Under the pieces are notes generated by a model. It was not told the origin of the DNA and searched no databases. It was given only the letters and a program-made list of their open reading frames with translations. A stretch of DNA of 64,000 bases from Pelomyxa schiedti (taxonomy: Eukaryota > Protista > Evosea): positions 49,168-113,167 of the forward strand of contig JAHLWZ010000819.1 of assembly GCA_020536535.1 (NCBI GenBank), in the 5' to 3' direction. A program made the translations under genes and the position numbers. The first letter of the stretch is position 1. Each line of letters opens with the position of its first letter. Below, one piece after another: positions 39,383-51,303 of the stretch.

Positions 39383-42300
39383 TTAAATAGCTACAAAGGC
39401 ATGTAAGCCAACGAGGTGGTCGGTGTGAAGTGGTGTGGGATTGACAAGGTGAATCACGGTTCCAGGATATCCAACAGTCACAGTTATGGATCTATCACAC
39501 AGGGGTGATACTAGTTTGGGTGGAAGGTGAAGATCGGCGACAATATCGTTCACTGGTGCAACCAGCGTCACGCGTAGAGTCTATATTGGTTACTGGTGAG
39601 TAGGGTTTTTTCTTTTTATTTAAAGAAAAGGAATCAAACCGTATGATCGGAAGTGATATCTTCTATCTTTATTGTCACTTGCTCTGTTTTCTTCCATACA
39701 ATTATCACCTCCCGCATTGGAGTGGAACCTGGGGATGCCGGAGCTTGCTCTTGATCACTGACAATGACAAACGGGTGAAATAGAATGTCAGAGGGAGATT
39801 GTGGTGGACCGGCATTCTGATATGCATAAGGTGCAATGGCACCAGAAATAAGCTGAAACTCGGCTGTTTGGAATGCAGCCACCAATGCGTCTGGTTTATA
39901 AGTACGCTTTACGTGAGAGCATCGAATGGTGGCCTCCAGATTTCTGTGATGATGTTAGGTGTTAAAATTAAATAATAAACATACGGGGGAGGGGCGCATG
40001 TTGGCTGGGCGAGTACAATTGGAGGGGTTAGAGATGTCAGAACAGATGCCGCTGTGGGAGTAGATAGAATTGGAGGAGAAGTGGGATTTGGAGTTACAAG
40101 GACAGGTGAATGCTGTGAAGAGTTTATCATGGTCTTTACTGGTGGAGGAGGTTGACTGTCAAATTCTCAATTTCGTTTTGTTAGTAACCAAGTGCAAAGT
40201 ATATTGCCTACCACCAAATTCACCAATCAAAGGGTCAACGGCAGTATCACTCCTTGCTTCTAATTCATCCACGTAACTATCATCCTAAAAGAAAGGTTAA
40301 CTTTGTAAGTGGGGAAAAGACAACGTACAGTCATTTGTCCGAAGTATTTTGTATCGAATTCACTTTTCAGGTGAGGCACAATTGGTGGCTTTTGGTTTCG
40401 GATCACTGGCAAAATAGTAAAGGATTTACAGATGGCATAGAACTCTCCCTCCCCTCCCATTGTTATGTTTAGGATACTGGACCACTTCACTCCTTTGAAA
40501 AAGACATGCTGCTTGACGTCACATGCCCCGTGAGTAGCTCCTATTCGCTTGCTTGGCTCTGCGCATAGTAGTCTTTTAATCAAGTCTTTGGCTTGCCTGG
40601 ACACCTACAATGACATTACCAGATAGTATGAAGGTAGGCTGTCAACTGTATATCTATTGTCTGGAAATTTGATGCCTCCGCTCAAAATTTGGGAGAAAGT
40701 GTCCTCCTTACTCTGCCCTCTGAAAGGTGTGGTTCCATACTAATGAAATCTTAGTGTGCAGATTGTCATGTATGCATACCATCATTTCATATAATAGAAT
40801 GCCAAATGTCCACCTTAATCTCAGTTAAAAAAAAAAAAAAAAAGGAAGACAAAAGATTGTAATTACCAATCAACTGCACTGGTGTGCCCATAACCAACTA
40901 TGACTTCAGGTGCTATATATTCGTGGTGGGAGTTAAGGAATTTTATTTGGTAAATTAGTGTGCTTGTAAAAGGATATGTCAGTTCCGACAAACGAATTCG
41001 TAACAATGTGTGGTTCCGAAGAAATCATATCTTCAGAGAATATCCTTTTGATCACTTTGGCAGTTGGTCGAATAGCAGCTTGCTTGGACAAGTCGAAGTC
41101 TGAAAAGCAATTTCTATTTGGAAGCTATCAAGTAACTGCGCTACCTGTCAATACAATGTGCCCGCTAGCTTGCATCAAGATGTTCTCAGGTTTCAAATCT
41201 GAAAAATAGGTGACTACGCTTGATTAGACTTTCAAAAGGTTACCTCTATAAATAAAGCTATTGAAAATTGAAAAAGTTAGAATGGAGGCAACTCAATGAA
41301 TGCATACCCAAGAATATGAAGGTATTCCAAGGCAAGGAGAACTTCAGCAGCATAAAACCGTGCCGCGTCCTCTTGGCACAGTGAGGAAAAAGAGAAATTC
41401 CCACAGAACAAGAAAGGAAACCTCTTAAACATTTTCCAGGCTGCCGTTGTAGTGCCCTAAAAAATTCCCCTCCAGCACAGAATTCCATTACAAAGTACAG
41501 GCAATTGGCAGTCTATGAAAATGAATTGCAAAAAGGAAAAGCAAAGCGAACCTGAAATGACCAATAAAGAGTAACAACAAATGGGTGCTTCACAGTGTGA
41601 AGTAACTCTCGCTCTGTATGCACTCTTTTTACCTAGGAAAGGTTTCACAGGGTTAAAGTAAGGACAAAAATTTCAAAACGAACTTTGTTTTTGGCAATCA
41701 TCTCCTCTTTGGGGAGTAACTTCATGGCGTAATAACGACCAGTTCCTATGTGTTGAACAAGATATCTATTACCAGTCATTCACAATTCAGATCACATTGG
41801 TCTTAAAATGGAAAAAAACTACATACACTCTGCCGACATCTCCCTTACCAAGCAGTTTAATTCTACGGAAGTCACGAAATGATACTTGTTGTGGTGTTTC
41901 ACCCTTCGAATGACCGTATGGCTGAGGAGGCGACACACGACCACTTGCCTTAGAGGCTAAAGTTGACGATGAGCATAGAGATGCATCACCCCTCCGTTGT
42001 GGAGCTGAAGCCGAGGCAGACGAAGCAGGGAAAGCCTGACTACCAGATGCCGTAGTGGGCCAAACAGTGCCAGTTCGGCCTGCCATACTTCCATCGGGTG
42101 ACACATCGGCTCTAGCCTTATTGGAATGGTATTTGTGCCTCCCTTCAGATGAAGAGGTTGATGAAGAATCTGATGAACGAGATCGTGAACGCGACCTAGA
42201 GCGAGACCGAGAGGAAGATGATGAAGAGGAGTCGGATGATGATGTTACGTGCGCGGGAGACCGCGGTCTGCGCGAGACTTTTTTTTTCGATTTGCTCTGT

Positions 42301-42647
42301 TCATCGTGGTTCCTGTGGTGGTACCTGTGGTGGCGGCTGTGATGATGACCTCTGTCGCGCTCAACGCGTTCTGAGCGGTGTCTGTGGTGGTTTGGAGCGG
42401 AATGTGACGCCCCGCTGGAGCTTTGGGACAGAGCCAGCGGAGTTACGGAAGTGAGATCTGGGTCTTTAGCCGGTGACGAAGCACGCACTGGCGGCGGTGT
42501 TTCGTCGCTTTCGGTGGTAGAGTGTGAGTGGTCTTTGCTGTGCTTTTTCCCCTCCGTTTTGTCAGGTGACGTTGTTGGGAGTTCCTGTTGGCCTTGATCT
42601 TCCCCGCCCTTGGGGGCTGTGTCGTCGACGGCTTTCTCGCCGCTCAT
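39383..42647 (-). CDS. AGC-group Ser/Thr kinase (Nrc-2/Fpk1/phototropin-kinase-like) with RS/His-rich N-terminus and extended C-terminus
   Basis: LLGKGDVGRVY; VKRVHTERELLHTVKHPFVVTLYWSFQ; MEFCAGGEFFRALQRQPGKCL; DLKPEN; DFDLSK; TNSFVGT; YIAPEVI; AKDLIKRLLCAEPSKRIGA; IRNQKPPIVP. 3' end approximate. Confidence 0.9.
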
Positions 42648-42953
42648 TTTAACGAAATATGCGCTTGGTTTGGGTTGTATTATTGGTTTTTTCAAATGAA
42701 ATGACAAGGCAGGGAACTAATGCATATATTTTGGGGTTGTTCTAGTCGCGATGGAGGCCACGGTGGAACGCCACTGCTTCGATAGAATTCATGGTCTGTT
42801 CGGGGAATCAGAAGACCAAGTTGGTGAGGAATCGGCGAAGTGAACATCAACACATCTATCTCAGATCCAATCTGCCCGAAAAACCGTTCAATGTAAAATG
42901 TCAAAGAACGCTCCTGATGACAAAAAAAGGGAAAAAATATAAAAGGCGACAGG

Positions 42954-45193
42954 ATGCCCAAGGCGTTATTTGCCGTGGTTATAGCAGCATTTGTTGTGGG
43001 TGCTGCTGCTATCTCCGCGCGTATGTACCCGTGAGATCTTTAGTTTTTCCTCGTCGCACGTTTGTGTCTTTTTTTTTGAACAAAAATGACTGAAACGAAG
43101 GGAGAATGCCGTTGATGCCTCGGGCGTCTGATCCGAGCATGCCGATGATGTACGAAATAAGGTTCTTTTCCAATACGCACTGTAAATCTTACTAATATTT
43201 ATTTCCTCAGCACGCGGCCGTGGCTCTATGAGTTGTCTGGTAAATACGGACGTACCATATCAACGCTCCGCGATATTCCTTTGGCCGAGTTACAGGCTAT
43301 TCAAAGTCAACATGTTAATTACGTCTGGTTTATGGGCGTGCGCAAAACACTATGTCTAACTTCTTTCACCTGAATGTATCTAGATATGGCACTTGGGGGC
43401 TTACGGACTCAACCACGATAGAACAGATCCATCCCTTCTTGCTCAGTATGCTGTTGTACTACCAGACTATACTACAGCAGATATCATTGGTAAGGCAATT
43501 TGCCTGTCTCACTGTGTAGCTTAAGAACCTTAGGTTCCCCTTACGCTGTAACAAACTACACTGTAAACCCAGAATTGGGTACAACTTCAGATGTAGCGTG
43601 GCTGCGAACTCAATTGAATAACTTGGGCATGAAGTTGATTCTCGATTTTGTTCCCAACCATTCAGGTTTGTTTCCTTTTCCTTTTGTCTTTATCTGACTC
43701 TTCTTATCACAGCTTGTGATAGCCCGTGGATCACGACCAACATCAACTACTACATTCAAGCTCCTAAAGGTTCTGGGCCTCCATACGACTCTTCGAAGTA
43801 CCTCACTAATGGGGTTGCTTTTGGAAACTGTCCCGGTTCTACAACCCCCTGGACGTATGTTGTTCTCTACTAAAATGGGTTACGTGTCGTTACTGTACCT
43901 AGTGATACTGCTCAACTCAATTACTGGAACCAGGATACACGCTCTCTAATGCTACAACAATTACAACAAATCGGCAACATGGCTGGTATTTTTTCTTTGT
44001 GCATTTGTTCATTCTTAGTTGTGAAGATGGCATCCGGTGTGACATGGCATATATCGTGTTGAACGATCTCTTTTATGAGGTAATACAGGATTAATTACAA
44101 AAGCATTCGTTATCTCATCATCTCAAACCAAGACTTGGTCCACACAACTCAACTCATGGGGATGGTCCCGACCTTCCACTGAGTTCTGGGCTGATGCTAT
44201 TTCTCAAGTGAAGAAAAATTTCCCCAAAATCATCTTCTTGGCGGAGGTGAGACTACCTTTACAGTATCATCCTTACATCTTTTCAGGTCTATGGCGATTC
44301 ACAGTACACACTACAGAGTGAAGGGTTTGACTTTACTTACGATAAGGAGTTGCTGGACCGTCTAAAGGTTGCGGTTATATTTTAGGGGAAAAATGTCTTA
44401 CCCTATGCTGTCAGGCCAATAATTTGGACTATGTTCGTAGCTGGTCTGTTCTTTTTCCTACTGCAAAATCTTAACCCTTGATAGGATCACAGGAAACACA
44501 GCCTCATTCTTTGCCCACTCAGCACAGTTTATAGAAAATCATGTTTTATTGCTAGTATTACCCTTCCATCTCATAGAAGACTAGGATGAAGATCGCGCTG
44601 TAGCTGTATTTGGAAGCACCACAAAAGCCGATGCTGCTGCCATGGTTGTTATGACTTTGCCTGGGATGCGATTTTACTTCCAAGACCAATGGTCCGCCTC
44701 CCTAAAAGAAAAAGCCAATTTTGACGTTAAATAGGCTCGGTTACAAGAATAAATTGGATGTTCACCTTCGCCGCGCGACGTCTGAGAGTGCAATCTCCTC
44801 TGTGACTTCCATGTACACCACCCTCAACTCGATCATATCGGATGTCTCGTTCACTAGCGGTACCTGGAACTACTGTACAGTCTCCAACAGTGGAGATTCA
44901 TGGAGGTTGATGGCGTGGCGCTGGAACTACGCCAACTCATCCAAGAGGCTCGTTGTTGTTAATTTCTCTGACGCTTCTGGAAGGTAACAAATCCCGTACT
45001 CCTGCACAACCTAACAACCAAAAGTGGGTACATAGTCATACCCGACGTTGTATCTGACACAGGCTCCGACACGGTTACCATTACCGAACTATGGACAAAC
45101 ACAAAGTACTCTCGCTCGGTGTCTGAGATGAAGTCTAGCGGTTTGTTTGTGGTTGTGGACGCCTGGAGCTCCCAAATCTTCCAATACCCCTAA
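42954..45193 (+). CDS. Secreted alpha-amylase-family (GH13) glycoside hydrolase
   Basis: Signal peptide MPKALFAVVIAAFVVGAAA; YEI|STRPWLYEL; SPYAV; LILDFVPNH; DGIRCDMA (nucleophile); FLAE (acid/base); FIENH|DEDR; TLPGMRFYF; stop 45191-45193. Confidence 0.92.
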
Positions 45194-45405
45194 ATGTAAA
45201 TTGAATGTTCGAAAGGGGAAAGAAATCCGCAATTGCTGCTTTCTAAATACTGTAGCTACAGTTAGAGGAATTCCCTTTTTTTTTGTCCGCCCCGTTTCTT
45301 GTGAAAAACCAAACTCCTAAAAAAAAAAAAATCAAGGCGGGCGATTACAATTAAAAAAAAAAAGTCTCTTGTTTCGTGCGGTCGTCGTCGCGTTGCGTGT
45401 GAAAA

Positions 45406-46948
45406 ATGTACAATTCTTTCTATAAGTTGAAGAAGGCCGGGAAGTATGAGGCCAAGGCGATGCCCAAACCAAAGGCTAAAGTAGAGGTATTCATTTTTCT
45501 TTTTTTGGCGCGGAACTGACGTTCAAGTCTAGGCTTCTTTTTCAAGTGGCGGTGCTGCTGCGGCAGATACAAAGGTTTTTTTTTTTGTTTCGTTTTGGGG
45601 GAAAGAGAAAAGCCATTCATTGGTATCACGTCAACGTGCTGACCGCAATGTCGTTTAGCAACCAGCTACTGCTCCTGTTGTTCAAGCGAAGGAACCAGCT
45701 AAACCCGCTGTTGACACAAAGGTTACTGCGAAAGCAACTGTGGAAACCAAAGCTGCAGTCAAAGCAGACGTAAAAGCCGATGCTGGAGTCAAGGCTGGTG
45801 GCGCAGTAAGTGTGGGAGTTGATACAAAACAACCTGCAGCAAAAGTCACAGTTGGTGGAGGAGTTGGTGTGAAGGCCACCGTTGACACTAAAGTTAATGC
45901 TAAAGTAGAGGTAAAGGCTGGAGGAAAAGGTTTGCCTTTTATACCCTTTTACTCTAATTTTTACTGTTTTACTTCCCCACTGTTCTACGAATCACCAATC
46001 GCATCCACATTTTTTTTTTCCCCTCCCCACTTCCGCCCTTCCCTTTTGTGGTACTAATTGTTCCTTACAGCAAGTGGTTCTGGTTCAGGAAGCAGGTCAG
46101 GCTCAGGTTCCCGTTCCGGGTCCGGAAGCCGGTCGGGTTCAGGCTCCCGCTCCGGATCTGGTTCACGATCAGGGTCAGGATCCCGCTCAGGTTCTGGGAG
46201 CCGTTCTGGATCGGTATCCGGAAGCAGATCAGGGTCCGGATCACGCTCCGGATCAGGAAGCCGCTCAGGGTCCGGCAGCCGGTCGGGCTCTGGCAGCCGC
46301 TCTGGGTCAGGCTCCAAGAGCGGATCTGGTACTTTTTCCCCTTCCCCCCCTCCCCCTGCAAAAAATCAACGCTGAACAACCCCCCCAAAACAAAAAGGGC
46401 ACGTTGTACTCAAACCCGTTGCAGTATCCCCATCCGCCGGAGTCAAGGCATCCACAGGGACACCCACAGCCAACGTGACGGTGACCGCGACGGCGGCCCC
46501 GGCCGCCACGGCCACCGTGTCGGTCAGCACGCCCAAGGCCGCGGCGACGCCGGCGGCCACGGCCAGCACCACCGTCGCCCCCAAGGCAGCAGTGTCCGTG
46601 GGCGTGTCTGTTGGCGGCGGGGCGGGAGGAGGCGTGAAGGTGGGGCTCAGCGTCGGGGGCGGCGCCGCCGCGACTGCTAAGCCCGGGAGCAAGTCGGGCT
46701 CTGGGTCTCGCTCTGGCTCTGGCTCCGGATCCCGCTCCGGGTCCGGGTCGCGCTCTGGCTCTGGCTCCAAGTCCGGGTCTGGGTCACGCTCTGGCTCTGG
46801 CTCCAAGTCTGGGTCTGGATCAAAGTCAGGCTCTGGTTCAAAGTCTGGTTCTGGCTCTGGATCCGTATCGGGCTCCCGCTCTGGTTCTGGCTCTGGATCC
46901 CGCTCTGGCTCTGGCTCGCGCTCTGGGAGTGGATCTCGATCTAATTAG
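45406..46948 (+). CDS. Low-complexity protein: two V/A/K/T/G-rich blocks, each followed by a (GSGSRS)n tract
   Basis: An in-frame GT..AG model joins KAKVE|ASFSSGG..DTK|QPATAP..KAGGK|[14 protein letters not shown]|[16 protein letters not shown]. Start codon inferred. Confidence 0.7.
46053..46330 (+). repeat. Degenerate 18-nt repeat encoding (GSGSRS)n, tract 1
   Basis: ORF 46058-46375 translation; synonymous codons vary from unit to unit. Confidence 0.95.
46682..46942 (+). repeat. Degenerate 18-nt repeat encoding (GSGS[R/K]S)n, tract 2
   Basis: End of ORF 46475-46948. Confidence 0.95.
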
Positions 46949-47090
46949 GCAGGGAGGCTCACCACCTGCGTTGACACAGTGTAGCTAATTTTTCCCAGAG
47001 TGTTGTAACAACTACATTTGGTTGTCACTTACTTTGTGGTGTAAAAAAAAGAGAAAGTAACAACATTTTTTTTTTCCCAAATTGTGCTCT

Positions 47091-50000
47091 TCAGCCACCC
47101 CTTGTACCCCACGTTACATCATCAAAGTTGCTGTTATGGGCAATAAGCTAGCAACAAGAGGGAAAGTTCATACCATACAGCATAAATGGGAATCACAACA
47201 TACCTGAGTGGCTTGTTAGAGAAGTCATCGGGAGGAGGATACATAGTAGGGCTGAGAATGAGCCACGTGAGGGGTGCAACAATTCCGAGTACAGAAAACC
47301 ACTGGTGGTGTATTACGGCTGCAGCAGCTATGAAAAGCACCCAGGCAACCTGATGAAGTTGAGCCAGTTGGTTTGTAAGGCGTATAATTACAAACCATAA
47401 CTACGACTTCTATCCAGTACTTGGTAAAAAGTCCCTCCAAGTTTTGAGCCGCAAAGATAACCATCAAGACTGTATAGGAAACAAGAGATTAGACAGATAG
47501 ATACATACAGAGTGCAACTTGTAATTACAGCCCCGAAGAGAGTTGATGCATGAAACCTAGGTAAGATGTGAGTTCATTCCGCACATTTTTGAGAATGAAA
47601 ACCAGTATTCAAGTTGCTCAATTCTACTCGTCAGAGAAAGAGTGAGAAGGAGGAGGCACCACAGTACAATAAGAGCTAGGGCGACAGGCGGGTACATGCC
47701 AACTGATACCGCAATCTCATATACCAGCATTAAAATTGCTGGTTGATGTTGAGTTTAGTTTAGAAGGAGGTGATTCTTACCCGTGGGCAGAGCAAAACTG
47801 GAAAACAGCTCAATGGATAGCGACACGAAAAGAGGGAATGAAACTGGCCTCCACACAGTTTTTAGTAACATCACCTTGGAGTGTTATATTTGTTACGACT
47901 TACATTACTGTTACCATATTCACGATAGTGGAGTTAATCCATCTCCTAGCTAAATGAACGGGACTAGTGATAAGGGAATAGTACCTTCTCTGCTTTATCA
48001 GACCAATTAATGTTGAAGGTACTTCAGTTCTCGCCACAGCCTATGAGCAGTTAATCGCTTCACTTGCCCAGAGGATACGTACCCTTGGTTCATAAGTCGT
48101 CTCCCATCCAGTTTGCAGAAGTTGTGTTGTCATAGTCCGATCTACGGAGATTTGGTCCTTTGAGAGTAGACAAGCTTTTACCTTCACCAAGGTCAAGCTG
48201 TGCGAGGTTAGGTGAGGTAGGGAATTGGTGTTGATGACCTGATTCTTTGCCCAAATTGTACTTGTAGCTGCTAAGTATGCGTTGAGGATAGTTTCGACTG
48301 CCTTTTTTGCTTTGAGGAAAAGAGAGTTGTAGTGGGAGGAAGAAACCTGTGGCTTCACCATACAAAATGCTCCCGGCAGGCAAGTCACCTTGCAAGTTTA
48401 CATTCTTGTTGATCAACCAAAGGGATCCTTACCATACCAAACCATGATTCACATGTCTTGGCGAGAAATTGGTTCGTTTTATACTCAAAGTACTGTAGGT
48501 AGGTGGGAAAGATTTTGTAAATAAATACACACCTGTGTTATTGTCAAAGGATTCTGGTACCAATGGAGTACTTCAATTTCACCACAAGTTCTGTGAGACT
48601 GTCATCAATGATCGCTATATGTTGAATGTACCCGCCGATTTCTTTGCGTCGGATTAACCCTTTGTACATTCTACAAGAATGAGTAAAAAGAGGAACTGTA
48701 TTGTCTACCTGAGCATGCTGCGTGTGTTTCCCTAGTGCACAATTTTTAGAATGCGTTTTATTCCCTTTGTTTACAACCTTCCAAGAAAAGGTTACATCGG
48801 AGTCAACAAACATAATTCCTGAGTTTCTTTAGGACAAAGAGGAAAAGAAAGACGCTTGACCATGTGCAGTTTTTTCAAGTATCCCTTGGTCCATATACTG
48901 CAGTGAAGTTAACAGTAGTTTTTTTCTCCTGTACTAACCTCGAAGAATAGCCTAAAAATAACGGTTAGAGTAGTTATGAGTTTCACATGAAAATACTGGT
49001 GGCTGTGGCGTTTCCCTTGATTAAGCCTCTTCAGAAGCACAACAAATGGCATGCCTAGATAGTATGGTTAAAAAATCTGAGACTTGCCATTACTGAATAC
49101 CTTTTTTTGGCAGAAGTCCTTTGTACATTGCAACTCCATCAGCTGTCAAAAGAAGGGAAAAAGAAAAGAAATTAGATAGTTTACCCCACATATTAGTACC
49201 AACCAAAAACTTCTAAAAGAAGGTTAAATTGAAGTGTGAAAACGAGAAGGTACCAGGTTGAGGAATGTTACGAGACTTTTTAGTTGAACCATTAGGTTCC
49301 TTATATCTGACCACTGCATCATCATCTACAAGGATGAGCATGAGGCTTGGCTTCCAAGTTTCGTGTACCTGAATAGAGATAACTTATCGGAATATCTTAA
49401 TCAAGTTAAATAAGATAGCACTCTGAGGATCAAACTGTAAAGTTTGGATAACAAGAATGTGGTTGTATCTTTCTGAAGGGCGTCAAACTTCCCACTTCGG
49501 TCATATCTCCCATCAATAATAAAAACCTTTTGTGGAGTCTTATGAGCAGGAAAACCAATTATTGCCTACCAGTTTGCAGTAGCGAGGGGCAAAATTTAGC
49601 TGGGCTAGTTGAAATGATCTTACTCCCGCCGCCAATCCCGAGGAATCTTCGTGGTACACAGTAATACATGCTGTGACAAGAATGGGGTGTTCTTTAAACG
49701 TGTTAAAACCCGGGTTCCAAAGTTGTACTCACCTAAGGTTACATCTAGGCCACATTTGCTACATTTTAGCAAGCCTATACAAGAGGTTGAACAGTGAGAA
49801 CAAAATGCTGAATCTTGTAAGGTTTGAAAGCTTGATCTTATGTTTCCACACACGTTCAGGTGCTGAAATTGACCAAATTTTGCCTTCATGGCTTGCTTCA
49901 ATATCATGAGAATTGAGTCTGTTGAGATTTCTGAGATGTGGCCTGCATCCAAGTAAGATCTATTAAGTGTTAGTTCAGCTTATTTGGAAATTATTTTGAG

Positions 50001-51100
50001 GTACCGATCCAAATAAAAATTTTGGGAATGCTGAAGCCACAATATAAAATAAGAATATCATTTGAACTTTGTATATGTTAGATCCAAAGATGGATGTAAC
50101 AGAAAACCTGCTATCGAGGGAGCACACTGTATCACAAGGATGAACATAACATTTAAGCAAAGGAAAATGCCTGCAACAAATTGTAACTGGAAATGATACA
50201 AGACTATTGATTAACCCAGGAGTTTCATTTTCTCTCTGTAAGCCAGATATTTTGCTTCAGCTAGGGGAAATTCAATCAAAGCAATTATTCACAGATATAC
50301 CTGGATCGACTTTACTGATGTTGGGAGATGCGAGTAAATTCAAAGCACTTTCCTGTTACTGGTGACACATAGCCAGTTATAAAAACAAACAACCTCTTCC
50401 TCTCCCTCTTCTCCGTCAACTAGCTCACACTCATCATCAGATAATGCTCCCACTGGATCCTGCCACAATAAGTCATTGTCACTAGAGGAAGTCGATGTCT
50501 CGACTTGATGTGGATCTTTTCCTTTTTAGTGGAGGAAAGTGGTGTATGATAAGCACCAAACATATTTGCCTGGGTACTACTACTCGTATTAATCTGAATA
50601 GATGTAAGGAATTAAGTGACTAATAGAGAATACATTTTTGTCCCAGGTGGGTTCATGCTGAGGAGTTAAGTAGGTATCAGTATCGGGTGTTATCGTCGAG
50701 TCGTTGAAAGAAGCAGCTAGAGTTGTTTTTTGGGCAGGTCCTATACTAGAGTTGTCCGAGCCTTCAAATGCGGGAGGCACGGAGAGTTCGTTGGTTTCAA
50801 GGCTAATATCTTCAGAGTTTGCACTTGGAGCTTGGTTATAGTTTGTTACAGCATGACCACCATTTGAATCTGCGTTGTACTGACAAATTTTTGCGCTTCG
50901 ACGATGGTGTCGACGCTGCCGTGTATCACAAGTTACAGCAATGCTCGGGTTGAGAGATTCGAGAGCAGGATCTTGCGTCTCCCCTGTCGACACTGGAAGC
51001 GATCTCAACTCCAACGTGTCGTCCTGCCTGATAAGATTGAATGAGTGCCTGCCAACAGAGTCCACAAACAAAACAGAAAAGAAACTTGCATTACAACAAG
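47091..51100 (-). CDS. CHS: Chitin synthase (GT2)
   Basis: Spliced motifs CITVYHED, VFIIDGR, LKRLNQGKRHSHQYF, MFVDSD, GG|TCGEIEV, NPLTITQ|YFEYKTNQFLAKTCESWFGM|VTCLPGAF, LDLGE|DRTMTTQLL, QRR|RWINST, C-terminal NFDDVTWGTRGG* (stop 47091-47093). Start codon not resolved (~51000-51250). Confidence 0.9.
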
Positions 51101-51303
51101 ACTGCCTCCTCCACACTCCCTCGATTAAACAATATTTTCTAGCCAAAATCACGCCGCAGCGGAAAATGCAATGACATCGCAGCCGGGAACTAGTGTCAAA
51201 CCACCTCCTATTGAATGGCCACATTGGACCGCATCACTTTCCTGTAAGATGCATCAGATCGTTTCTCGAAACCAAACGCAAATAAAAAAAGGCCGAATCC
51301 AAG

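Noticed and set aside
46054-46806. Minus-strand ORFs encoding ([11 protein letters not shown])n repeats
   Set aside because: They are antisense shadows of the (GSGSRS)n exons; GT..AG introns and flanking exons join in frame only on the + strand.
46053-46942. Regularly spaced repeats resembling a CRISPR array
   Set aside because: The units are contiguous degenerate codon repeats with no unique spacers, and no cas genes are present.
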